DNA from: an uncultured Candidatus Saccharibacteria bacterium
GTDB lineage: Bacteria; Patescibacteriota; Minisyncoccia; Phycocordibacterales; CAIZLB01
Length of the DNA: 64,000 nt
Reading direction: 5' to 3'
Assembly: GCA_964550955.1 (NCBI GenBank)
Contig: CAZKAF010000001.1
Location: 393,920-457,919 of the forward strand
Positions 31,201-39,460 of the stretch are shown piece after piece. Each line of letters starts with the position of its first letter. The first letter of the stretch is position 1. The notes under the pieces are model-generated. The model was not told the origin of the DNA and made no database searches. It saw nothing but the letters and a program-made list of their open reading frames with translations. The position numbers were made by a program, and so were the translations under genes.

Positions 31201-31761
31201 GACAAATATCGCGAAGCCATGGAAAGGCGCGACCAGTCCGTCGCCAAAGTCAAAAGCATCATAATGCAGGATGCGGAAGCGTTCGAGACGCAGCAGCTTC
31301 GCAAGGCCGAAAAGGAAGCGCTCAGGCAGGCGCAGGCCGAGCAGTTCCGGCGCGAGCGGGGCATCGTTTCCAAGGAACTCACGGATGAAGAGAAGCTGAA
31401 GCAGGCCGAAGAGGAGGAAAAGAAAAAGAAGAAAGCGACTGCGGATGGCGGACGAAAGCTCAGCAAGGAAGAGTACAGAAAGAAGATGGAAGAGGAGCGG
31501 CCCAAGGAGCGGCTTCTGGGCATCGTGGGAATCATCGAGTCGGTCAAGGAAATTCCCACCAAAAAGGATCCTGCGGTAAAGATGATGTTCCTGAACGTCG
31601 CGGACTTCACGGGCATGATCGAAGTCGTCGTGTTTCCAAAGGCCTACGAGCTCCATAAGGACAAGCTCAAGCCGGACGCATGCGTCGCTATCAAGGGCAA
31701 GACTTCAAGCAGAAATGGCACGCCGAGCCTCATGCTCGAGACGGTGAATGTGTTGAAATAA
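28225..31761 (+). CDS. dnaE: DNA polymerase III alpha subunit
   Basis: PHP domain YVHLHTHTHYSLLQAL, polymerase core and fingers, C-terminal OB fold. A K/E-rich insertion (EEKLKQAEEEEKKKKK...) precedes the OB domain. TATACT 10 nt upstream of the ATG. Confidence 0.9.
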   Translation: MAKAPAKDIVAPEHADPKSARRYVHLHTHTHYSLLQALPKVPDLVKKCKAYGMDALAITDNGNMYATIEFVKEVDGTGIKPIIGVDFFVAIRTRHDKEPRIDNKTKKLVLLAKDSEGYQNLVKLVTRSNFEGFYYRPRIDKELTEQHSEGLIAILPSFGGEAAAHARTGNLEEAKKVVEYYKSIYKTSLDPKESNLFIEISVHDDVEDHKQTMERMIQVARECEVPIVAGHNIFYTNPDDKKARTTLLSVQKSFSSGPVEDAEGDFSFKSKEEMFMLFRDLPEAIDNTAVIADRCTLEIPLGKWVFPKMEVDEKFKDSEKPYDEQLRDIVYKGFEIKNVEKTPETLKRVEYELEVIRNKGYAPYFLVVADLLRYAKENGILSNIRGSVSGSMVTYLSGITKIDPLEYEIPFERFLNPDRPSAPDIDMDFADNRRDEMVEYTRNKYGRDKVAQIGTFGTMAARGSVRDVTRALGFPLALGDQIAKIIPMGKQGFPMTIDLALQTVPELKDLYNTNPDVQKVIDMAKKIEGCARHISIHAAGVVISPTEITDYTPLQYDPKGEMKIITQYDMYSIEDAGLLKFDFLGLKNLSIIADAVEIAEARNKDKGLKIDIDTIPLDDMKTYEMLQRGETEDLFQLNGDGMTRFLKELKPNSIHDINAMVALYRPGPLQFIPDYIARKHDPTNIPDMDPAVYEILKKTFGVLVYQDDLLMMAHLLAGYSWGEVDKFRKAVGKKIPEEMALQKEKFIKGCMTHSGWTKERAQDVWVKIEPFASYGFNKAHSVSYGRVAYITAYLKANYPAEYMSSVLTHESGDVEKVSVSVQECKRMGIQVLAPDVNESYGNFTVVDGKIIRFGLYSVKNSGEGIADAIINERKKNGPYKHLEDFLNRVKDRNLNKKSMESLIKAGAFDMFGDRGVLLANLPDLLEYNKEQARMPENQDSLFSMFGEMTTASDGTSAPTQHLKLQDAAKADPTEKLLWEKELLGLYISGHPLDKYREAMERRDQSVAKVKSIIMQDAEAFETQQLRKAEKEALRQAQAEQFRRERGIVSKELTDEEKLKQAEEEEKKKKKATADGGRKLSKEEYRKKMEEERPKERLLGIVGIIESVKEIPTKKDPAVKMMFLNVADFTGMIEVVVFPKAYELHKDKLKPDACVAIKGKTSSRNGTPSLMLETVNVLK

Positions 31762-31911
31762 TCTCAGGAAAAATTGGGGTTTTATGGTGTTTTTTCACAG
31801 AAAATGCAGGTCCTCGTCAGGCAATATAGCAAAAATGCTATATTGCCTGAGAACAGAATCAGCCTTTTTCTCATGGTGCGACGCGTCATTTTTTCTGCTA
31901 TCATAGACTTC

Positions 31912-33744
31912 ATGAAAAACGATACCCAATCATTAGAACATATCAGACATTCGCTCGCTCACCTGCTTGCGACCGCCACCCTGGAGGTCTTTCCTGATAC
32001 GCTTCTTACGATTGGTCCGGCAGTGGACGACGGATTTTACTACGACATGGACTTCCAGGCTCCGCTTGCAGAAAAAGATCTCGAAACTATCGAAAAGAAG
32101 ATGCGAGACATCCTGAAGTCTTGGTCAAAACTTCCTGAAGGAGAGCGAGGCTTCAGACATAAGGAAATCAGCGTCGAGGAGGCTCGGGCGCTTTTCGCGA
32201 ACAATCCGTACAAGCTAGAACTCATCGAAGAAATCGCTGCCAAAGGCGAAGCCATCACCCTATACACATGCGGACATACGCATGCAACTTCAAAGCAGCC
32301 CGCGAATCCCGCGCGACATATTCCGGAATTCACCGATCTCTGCCGAGGAGGACACGTTGAGGACTTTGCGTCTATCGACCCGGACTCATTCAAGCTTACT
32401 CGAATCGCCGGCGCATACTGGCGAGGCGACGAGAAGAACAAGATGCTCACGCGAGTATACGGACTTGCCTTTGCAACCAAAGACGAGCTGAAGGCATTCA
32501 TGACGCAGCAAGAAGAAGCGAAGAAACGGGACCACAGGAAGCTTGGGAAAGATTTGGATCTTTTTGTATTTTCAGACGTTGTCGGAAAAGGACTTCCGTT
32601 GTGGACCGAGAAAGGCGCAACGGTTCGAAGGGAGCTGGAACGATTCATTACAGACGAAGAATTGAAGAGAGATTACAAGCACGTCTACACGCCGGATATT
32701 GCTAAAATAGACCTTTATAAAAAATCAGGGCATTATCCATATTACAAAGACTCCATGTACTCGCCTATCGACATTGACGACGAGCAGTTCATGCTTCGAC
32801 CGATGACATGCCCTCATCACTTCGAGCTTTATTCTTCAAAGCCGAGAACATACAAAGAATTGCCGATGAGAATCGCGGAGCTTGCAAAGCTCTACAGATA
32901 CGAGCAGTCCGGCGAACTTTCCGGACTCATTCGAGTCAGAAGCTTCTGCCTTGCTGATGCGCATATTATCTGCGCAAGCCCGACGCAAGCTGCCGAAGAA
33001 GTTAATCAAGCGCTAGACCTCATAGAGCACATATCGTCAGTTTTCGGTCTCAAGATGGGAGAAAATTATTCATACAGACTTTCACTTGGCGACAGGTCCG
33101 ATGAGGGCAAATATTACAAAGATGATGCAGCTTGGGATGAAGCCGAGGACAGGCTCAGGCAGGTGCTCAAAGCAAGAAACGCGACGTTTATCGAGGCTCC
33201 GCAAGAAGCCGCGTTTTATGGACCAAAGATCGACATTCAAATGAAGGACGTGCGAGGAAAGGAAAACACCGCCTTCACTGTTCAGTATGATTTCGTAATG
33301 CCCAAGCGATTCGATCTCAAATACAAGGACAAGGACGGCATGGAAAAGGAAGCTCTCGTTGTTCACAGGTCATCCATCGGCGCCATCGAACGAGTGGTGG
33401 CATTCCTCATTGAACATTTTTCTGGAGCCTTTCCGTTGTGGCTTTCGCCAACCCAGGCAACCATCGTCCCTATCGGCGAGCGGCAGTTCGAGTACGCGGA
33501 AACAGTTTTCAAGGCGCTCAAGCAGGCCGACATCAGAGTCGAGCTCGACAACTCGAATGACAGCCTCGGCAAGAAAATCCGAAACGCGAAGACGGCCAAA
33601 GTCCCGTATGTGCTCGTCATCGGCGACAAGGAAATTGAAACAAGCACAGTGACCATTGAAAGCAGAACTGGCAATGAAGGCGCCGTTGCCGTTGAGGCGC
33701 TTATCGAAAGGCTGCAAGCTGAAATCAAGAACAGGACTCTTTAA
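31912..33744 (+). CDS. thrS: Threonyl-tRNA synthetase lacking the N-terminal TGS domain
   Basis: Begins at the N2 editing-domain motif HIRHSLAHLLA. Class II catalytic core and C-terminal anticodon-binding domain present. Start MKNDTQ follows TTTTTCTGCTATCATAGACTTC-ATG. The ORF-track start at 31774 lies upstream of that promoter element. Confidence 0.8.
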   Translation: MKNDTQSLEHIRHSLAHLLATATLEVFPDTLLTIGPAVDDGFYYDMDFQAPLAEKDLETIEKKMRDILKSWSKLPEGERGFRHKEISVEEARALFANNPYKLELIEEIAAKGEAITLYTCGHTHATSKQPANPARHIPEFTDLCRGGHVEDFASIDPDSFKLTRIAGAYWRGDEKNKMLTRVYGLAFATKDELKAFMTQQEEAKKRDHRKLGKDLDLFVFSDVVGKGLPLWTEKGATVRRELERFITDEELKRDYKHVYTPDIAKIDLYKKSGHYPYYKDSMYSPIDIDDEQFMLRPMTCPHHFELYSSKPRTYKELPMRIAELAKLYRYEQSGELSGLIRVRSFCLADAHIICASPTQAAEEVNQALDLIEHISSVFGLKMGENYSYRLSLGDRSDEGKYYKDDAAWDEAEDRLRQVLKARNATFIEAPQEAAFYGPKIDIQMKDVRGKENTAFTVQYDFVMPKRFDLKYKDKDGMEKEALVVHRSSIGAIERVVAFLIEHFSGAFPLWLSPTQATIVPIGERQFEYAETVFKALKQADIRVELDNSNDSLGKKIRNAKTAKVPYVLVIGDKEIETSTVTIESRTGNEGAVAVEALIERLQAEIKNRTL

Positions 33745-33802
33745 GGACGGGCGCTTTGAGCCCAAGTCTCGGCAAGCGCAAGCAAGATACAAATCAAAAA
33801 GC

Positions 33803-34498
33803 ATGTCTGACAAGAAAATACAAATCGAAGCATCATGGAAAAAAGCCCTAGAGGGAGAATTTTCCAAGGCATACTTCAGGCAGCTTGCGGAATTCGTCAG
33901 AAGCGAATATTTGAGTCAGACAATATTTCCCAAGCCTAAAAATGTCTTTGCGGCTTTCGAAGCCTGTCCGTTCGGCGACGTGAAAGTAGTCATTCTCGGA
34001 CAAGATCCCTACCATGGCATCGGCCAGGCAACAGGCCTGAGCTTCGCCGTTCCAGAAACGGTTCCTCTTCCTCCATCGCTTCAGAATATTTTCAAGGAAA
34101 TAGAGAGTGACTTTGCCGAACAGGACGCCGAGCAAAGCATCAAGCCTGTGCAAAACGGCGACCTGACTCGCTGGGCAAAGCAAGGAGTGCTTCTGCTTAA
34201 TGCTACCCTGACGGTACGGGCAAGCACTCCGGGCTCGCATCAGAAAAGGGGCTGGGAGGAATTCACGGACGCCGTCATCAAGGCGCTTTCCGACCAAAGA
34301 GAGGGCATCGTGTTCATGCTTTGGGGAAATTATGCGAAGAACAAGGGCGCTCACATAGACAGGACCAAGCACCTCGTCCTTGAAGCGGCCCACCCTTCCC
34401 CGTTCTCAGTTCATAACGGCTTCTTCGGCTGCAGGCATTTCAGCAAGGCGAACAAGTACCTGAAAGAGCGCGGCCTGCCTGAGATAGATTGGAGGTAA
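33803..34498 (+). CDS. ung: Uracil-DNA glycosylase (family 1)
   Basis: GQDPYHG water-activating motif, LLLNATLTV, and HPSPFS/HNGFFGC region. Start at MSDKKIQ. Confidence 0.85.
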   Translation: MSDKKIQIEASWKKALEGEFSKAYFRQLAEFVRSEYLSQTIFPKPKNVFAAFEACPFGDVKVVILGQDPYHGIGQATGLSFAVPETVPLPPSLQNIFKEIESDFAEQDAEQSIKPVQNGDLTRWAKQGVLLLNATLTVRASTPGSHQKRGWEEFTDAVIKALSDQREGIVFMLWGNYAKNKGAHIDRTKHLVLEAAHPSPFSVHNGFFGCRHFSKANKYLKERGLPEIDWR

Positions 34499-34673
34499 TC
34501 AAATTTCATGCGGCACGCGGCCTTTATAATTTAAGGAAGCATATCGAATACAAAGCAGGCAAATGACGCAATAAGGCCGCGAAAAAAACACCCGCCCTGT
34601 TACGGACGAGTGTTTTTTTGTTTGTCCCGATTACCAAGAGCGGCAACCGAGGCCGGAAGATTGGATTCCTGAT

Positions 34674-35999
34674 TTACTCAGCGAGACCTTTCTTCTGCAT
34701 GTTGGCAAGCTTGAAAGCCTGAGCCTTTGTCATGATGCCGGCAACCGCTGATTCAGAAACTGAACCGATCGCCGAGACACCGTTCGCAACTGCCATGTTC
34801 TTGGACTTTCGAGTAAGAACGTACGCCGCGAAGATTGACCAGAGCACGAGACCGACCGAGAAGAGCGTCATCTTGAGGCCGAAGCTGATTCCTGTCGCAG
34901 GCACCTGATTAAGGAATACGCCTGAAACCGGAGTACCAAGATTCTGATCTCGGATAACTGTTACGTTTGAGCCGATCACCGCGCCGATGTTAACCGCGCA
35001 TGTGCCCGTGACTGTCTGGCCGTTCACGTATGCCGTGAATGTAGCCGTCTTGTATCCCGGAGTCGAATACGCTCGTGAGACCGTATGAGAATTTCCGTAG
35101 AGCCCGTCCGTGCCTGACCATGAGAATGAGGTCGCGCCGTAAACTGAACCGTTTATGTATGCTGTCCAAACCACTGTCTGATTGATAGTCACGTTTGCAG
35201 GAGTGGCAACACAGTATGCGTTGACAGGAGTGACAGGCGGATAATATGTATCCTGCTGAACTGTTACTGAGCATGTCTTCGTAATTGACTGCGAACCTGA
35301 AGTGATTACGACCGTTACGGACTTGACGCCCGCATATGAGAATCGTCCGGTGAATGACTGGCTTGAGGCATTGATGCCGTCAGCGCCTGACCACTGGTAC
35401 GTATATGAGCCTGAACCGCCAGTCGCATGCGCGGAGAAAGTCACATCCTGGTTGACTCGAACTACTGAAGGAGAAATAACACAATATCCGTCAAGATTCT
35501 GCTGGTTGTTCGTATTGGTGCCGGAACCGCCGCCGAGGACCACGATGTTGATGTCGTTGTTGTTCGTCGGGTTGAACGTGTTGCTGATCACGTTCGTGTT
35601 GCTGTTAGAGTTGGTGTTCGTATTCTTGTTAGAATTCGAGCTGTACACGTACGTCAGCTGGCCTGCAGTCGCGGATGATCCGCCCCCTCCGCCAGTTGGC
35701 GTGTTGTAGACGTATCGCTGCGCAGGCGCAGGGATGTATGATCCGCCGCCGTAAGAAGGCTGGTAAGAATAAGTCGATACTGGAGTGGAAGTGTAATACG
35801 AACTTCCGCCAGAACCGTATGAATACGTGGATACTGGAGTGGAAGTGTAATATGACCCGCCGCCGATACCTCCCGAAGGACTGTAATCGGAAGTCTTGCC
35901 GGCAGCAGACGCAGAAGTTGGAATTGTTGAAACAACCAACGACATAGCAAATACAGCCACCGAGAAGACCTTTGCGATTGTTTTAATTGTGTTTTTCAT
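34674..35999 (-). CDS. Secreted surface protein with two PKD-like repeats and a C-terminal (V)PATG sorting-signal-like anchor
   Basis: Signal peptide, G/S/Y/T/N-rich low-complexity region, two PKD-like modules (YCVISPSVVRVNQDVTFSAHATGGSGSYTYQWSGADG and FSWSGTDG), then NQVPATG, a hydrophobic helix, a basic stop-transfer and a 45-aa tail. Confidence 0.6.
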   Translation of the reverse strand: MKNTIKTIAKVFSVAVFAMSLVVSTIPTSASAAGKTSDYSPSGGIGGGSYYTSTPVSTYSYGSGGSSYYTSTPVSTYSYQPSYGGGSYIPAPAQRYVYNTPTGGGGGSSATAGQLTYVYSSNSNKNTNTNSNSNTNVISNTFNPTNNNDINIVVLGGGSGTNTNNQQNLDGYCVISPSVVRVNQDVTFSAHATGGSGSYTYQWSGADGINASSQSFTGRFSYAGVKSVTVVITSGSQSITKTCSVTVQQDTYYPPVTPVNAYCVATPANVTINQTVVWTAYINGSVYGATSFSWSGTDGLYGNSHTVSRAYSTPGYKTATFTAYVNGQTVTGTCAVNIGAVIGSNVTVIRDQNLGTPVSGVFLNQVPATGISFGLKMTLFSVGLVLWSIFAAYVLTRKSKNMAVANGVSAIGSVSESAVAGIMTKAQAFKLANMQKKGLAE

Positions 36000-36120
36000 A
36001 GTGTTATCATTATATACCGATAAGTATATTTAGTCAAGTACTGATATTGATTCCTTTCATTTCTTGTGTTATGGAAAATTCAGCTTATTTACCATACTAT
36101 AACTTATTTATATCATAGTA

Positions 36121-36149
36121 TTGACAATCTGTAAATACTAGTATATAAT
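36121..36149 (+). promoter_or_regulatory. Consensus sigma70 promoter (TTGACA-N17-TATAAT) upstream of the lipoprotein gene
   Basis: TTGACA at 36121-36126, TATAAT at 36144-36149. Confidence 0.55.
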
Positions 36150-36292
36150 GCTTATGTAACAGTTCTTTACAGGTTGAGTTTGCAGGGAGATATAGAAAAG
36201 CGTTCAGGTGGAGCAAATAAGGCTTAAACAAAGGATTTAAGCATTGCTTGCTCTATCTCGAGCACTTCAAACTCTATCCCCTAAGCACACAC

Positions 36293-36709
36293 ATGAAAAC
36301 GCAACTTATCATCGCCCTTATCCTGACCTCACTCCTGTCCTCCTGCGTCGTTCCTCCCCCAAGGAGAAACATGGGTCCGCCCCCAATGCCAATGGTTCAT
36401 CAGCAGCAAATGATGATGAACCCTGGACTCAGGCCCGGGCCCGGGATGCAACAGCATCCTGGCATGCCCCACGCAGGGGCCGGCAGAGGACAAAGGATCA
36501 ACCACGGCGTTCAGGGCCGTTTTGTCCAGAAATGGACGAACGGCCAGAAAGATGGGCCGCCCATCTGGATTCCAGCCGACGAGGACTCTGATCCCCAGGG
36601 AAAAACCTACAACGGCCTGGAGGTGAAACACCGGGCCGGAACTCAGATTGAAAAAGCTGAGTTGGACAGAATCCTTAACCAGATTATTGGAGGGCCCGAG
36701 GAGGCCTGA
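36293..36709 (+). CDS. Small Pro/Met/Gln-rich lipoprotein
   Basis: MKTQLIIALILTSLLSSC signal peptide with a lipobox cysteine, then a P/M/Q/G-rich low-complexity mature part. Confidence 0.45.
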   Translation: MKTQLIIALILTSLLSSCVVPPPRRNMGPPPMPMVHQQQMMMNPGLRPGPGMQQHPGMPHAGAGRGQRINHGVQGRFVQKWTNGQKDGPPIWIPADEDSDPQGKTYNGLEVKHRAGTQIEKAELDRILNQIIGGPEEA

Positions 36710-36756
36710 GGGAAACCGAGCTATATGCTCAAACGCCGCCATGACGCATCATGGCC

Positions 36757-36795
36757 AAGGCGCTCGAATCAAATCGAGCGCCTTTTCTTGTTTTC
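36757..36795 (+). terminator. Rho-independent terminator of the lipoprotein gene
   Basis: 11-bp stem aaggcgctcga/tcgagcgcctt, then a T-rich tract. Confidence 0.7.
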
Positions 36796-36936
36796 ATAAA
36801 TTAAATAACGACATTAAAAACGCTGGATCGTGGCGGGAACAAGACGCCCGCCAATATATTTCATTGCAATAAAAAAGCGGCACCATATTTCAGGTGCCGC
36901 CGAAGCGTCCAAAGACGCAGTCTCATCGTATCAATC

Positions 36937-37749
36937 TCAATCTTGGAGCTCCACCCCATCGCCAAGGGTCAGCCTCAGGCCTCGAGCCTTTTCGTCATGG
37001 GTGAGAATCACCTGTTCGAATTGGCTCAGCGGCATGCGGCTGGTTTCGGGCATGAATGGAAAGCGCACGAAGCACCTTGACCGAACTTTGGTGCCCCTTG
37101 GTCTTTCGACCAGGAGCCTGCCCTTGAGCCATGCCTCACGAGCTTTCGCTACGTGATTCTGATCATAGCCAGGCGAGGCCACGTAGAACCGGACCTTGTG
37201 CAGGTCTGACTCTTTGGTGAAGAGGTCCCACACCCCAAGACTTTCAACGTACCTGACCGGGTTTCCGACGATGACGACCTTGTCACCATTTTTGACCATG
37301 TCGTACACTGTCTTGGCGTTTGTGGTGCTAAGACGGACGCAGCCTCCCGACTGAGGTATCCCTTTTTCCTCATACACGACGAAATTGTCGTTGCCGTGTA
37401 TGAAGTATCCCTTTTCAGGGATAAGCCGGAGGGCGTACGGCATCGGAACGCCGTCGCGGTTCACATAACCCGGATCCTTTTCGCAGATCACGAAGGGTTT
37501 TCCGGGAGTGCTGTTTGGGGTGGTTTGATCTCCTTTTTTAGGATCGACGAAAATCGACCCGGTGCCGCAGATGGCGTGGAAGACGTTTTCTCCGTCTTTG
37601 TAGACGGTCAGCGTCTGCACGTCCTGGTTGACGTAGATGTAGGTTCCGTCGTAACCCACGTCAGTGGGCAATCCCTGAGCCTCTGCAGGCTGCACGGCGA
37701 TAAAAAGGAAGACGATTGATACGATAGCAAAGAACAGTTTCGTTGTCAT
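36937..37749 (-). CDS. L,D-transpeptidase (YkuD domain) with signal peptide and a roughly 70-aa C-terminal extension
   Basis: Signal peptide MTTKLFFAIVSIVFLFIAVQPAEA, then the catalytic region FIHGNDNF...SGGCVRLSTTNAKTVYDMV with HG and SGGC(V)R motifs. The C-terminal tail ends ...ARGLRLTLGDGVELQD. Terminator hairpin gcggcacc/ggtgccgc at 36877-36900. Confidence 0.7.
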   Translation of the reverse strand: MTTKLFFAIVSIVFLFIAVQPAEAQGLPTDVGYDGTYIYVNQDVQTLTVYKDGENVFHAICGTGSIFVDPKKGDQTTPNSTPGKPFVICEKDPGYVNRDGVPMPYALRLIPEKGYFIHGNDNFVVYEEKGIPQSGGCVRLSTTNAKTVYDMVKNGDKVVIVGNPVRYVESLGVWDLFTKESDLHKVRFYVASPGYDQNHVAKAREAWLKGRLLVERPRGTKVRSRCFVRFPFMPETSRMPLSQFEQVILTHDEKARGLRLTLGDGVELQD

Positions 37750-37929
37750 AATTTCTGGTATCTGAATTGTTGAATTTCTGGGTTTAAATGACTATATTAT
37801 TATATCATAGTATATAGACAAAAGCAAGTACTTTGTACGCAAAAACCACCCCGCCGCGAAGCAAAGGTGGCTTAATTTGTTGGGCATTGAAGCCCTGGAT
37901 GGGGGCCTCGGGAGGAGGCCTTTTTCTTT

Positions 37930-38352
37930 TCAGAAGAGGCTCCCGCCCTGCCAGCCGTCCCGGTGGCCCTGGTTATAGATGTACTTGAGCTGGCCGGTCG
38001 GATTGCTGTAAAGCGACCCATCCGGACCATGCCCGGTTTCGTAAAAATGACCGGACCGAGACTGACGCCCAGAAAGGGGCAGTCCGTTCATGTCATAACC
38101 AGTATGTTCGAAAGGCGGACCGAAGTCCTGTACACCGCCATTTCCCCAGTTTTGACCCCAACCCGGACCATATGACTGAGGTACGAAACCATTACCGACT
38201 CCGCACGCTCCACCAGCAAAAACTGGTTCGAAGTAGCCGTAGCTGCAATAGTTACCGTACGCATCGTAGTACCCAGCACAAGACGTGAGGGTTCCGATGC
38301 ACGCAAAAGCAAGGGTGAGCATTTTGAGATGCCCGAGTAGTTTAGCTTTCAT
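37930..38352 (-). CDS. Small Gly/Tyr-rich lipoprotein
   Basis: MKAKLLGHLKMLTLAFACIGTLTSC signal peptide with a lipobox, then a G/Y/N/W-rich mature region. Confidence 0.4.
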   Translation of the reverse strand: MKAKLLGHLKMLTLAFACIGTLTSCAGYYDAYGNYCSYGYFEPVFAGGACGVGNGFVPQSYGPGWGQNWGNGGVQDFGPPFEHTGYDMNGLPLSGRQSRSGHFYETGHGPDGSLYSNPTGQLKYIYNQGHRDGWQGGSLF

Positions 38353-38576
38353 GAGAAGAACTGATTTAGGGTTACTGAATTTTGATTTATCTGAGATTTC
38401 AAAAAGTGATAGACCTATGCAGAATATCAACAATTTAACCTACCACAATGGTGCATTATTTTTTTGAATCAGTCAAGTACCATACAGCGAGACCGGGCAC
38501 CTTCGACGTACCTTGAGTAATGAAACCACGTACGCAATCACATCCCCCTCAATAGTTCGCATATCACAACGCAGTG

Positions 38577-39395
38577 TTACCTCACCCCGACATAATCCGC
38601 CTCCACCACGTACCGGTCGCTCTTTGAGCCGAAGCTGTCGCATGTCGAGATAGTAAGCATGTTCGTGGCCGTATCGAACTTCACGAGCGTGTCGTTCTTG
38701 TCTACCTTGCTTACCGATCGAACCTTGTATACAAAAGTCGTGGAACCCGAAGTCAGGAGAATCTCATCCCCTTTTTTCGTCTTGTGCAATTCATTGAAAA
38801 TGCGGTATGCCTGGTTTTGAACCACGCTCAGGCCGGTGCTGTGACCGAATATGAACATGTTCCCCTTGCCGATAGTTCCCGATCCGGGATATCGGACGGC
38901 ACCCTTCGTGAGCTCGCTGTCCAGATGACTGATGCTTGTCGAAGTCGGATTTCGGACTACGGCGTTTATGCCGAGCGAAGGAACCATAATCCGGTCAGGA
39001 ACGATGAGCCGATTGTCAGCTATCGAAGGATTTGAACCGGGACCCGCATTCCCGTTTGCGCCCGTGCCTCCAGTTCCCGCCGCATTTGACCCAGAATTCG
39101 CCGTGCCGGAACCCTGCCCTGTCGCGTTCAAGATTCCGAGAGCAGAGTTTTGTCCCACCGGACCCATCCCTCCGGACGAGCCGGACGGCGCAGTGCCGAC
39201 TGGCAAGGAACCGGCCGGAGCCGATGTGCCGAGGTTTTCCTTGAGCTCGCTCGGAAGAAGCCCGATGCCGGCCAGAAGGCCCGCTGTGCCGAGGAAAATC
39301 AATGCAAAGAACCCCAAGAAGCGCGTCTCGTTCTTGGAAAATAGCGTTTTAAAGCCGCTTTCGAGCCTTTGTTCAAGGCGTTCCAGGTCTTTCAT
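38577..39395 (-). CDS. Sortase-family transpeptidase (membrane-anchored)
   Basis: N-terminal TM helix, G/S/A/N-rich linker, catalytic domain with His (MFIFGHSTG), the TLxTC-type cysteine motif (MLTISTCD) and a conserved Arg (SDRYVVEA). Extended -10 TGGTATACT 6 nt before the ATG. Confidence 0.7.
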   Translation of the reverse strand: MKDLERLEQRLESGFKTLFSKNETRFLGFFALIFLGTAGLLAGIGLLPSELKENLGTSAPAGSLPVGTAPSGSSGGMGPVGQNSALGILNATGQGSGTANSGSNAAGTGGTGANGNAGPGSNPSIADNRLIVPDRIMVPSLGINAVVRNPTSTSISHLDSELTKGAVRYPGSGTIGKGNMFIFGHSTGLSVVQNQAYRIFNELHKTKKGDEILLTSGSTTFVYKVRSVSKVDKNDTLVKFDTATNMLTISTCDSFGSKSDRYVVEADYVGVR

Positions 39396-39423
39396 GACAT
39401 GAGTATACCAGACCGTGCATAGA

Positions 39424-39451
39424 TTGACAATCTACATGAGTATGATATAAT
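39424..39451 (+). promoter_or_regulatory. Consensus promoter TTGACA-N16-TGATATAAT driving the CARDB protein gene
   Basis: TTGACA at 39424-39429, TATAAT at 39446-39451, ATG at 39461. Confidence 0.55.
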
Positions 39452-39460
39452 TTATCCAAT

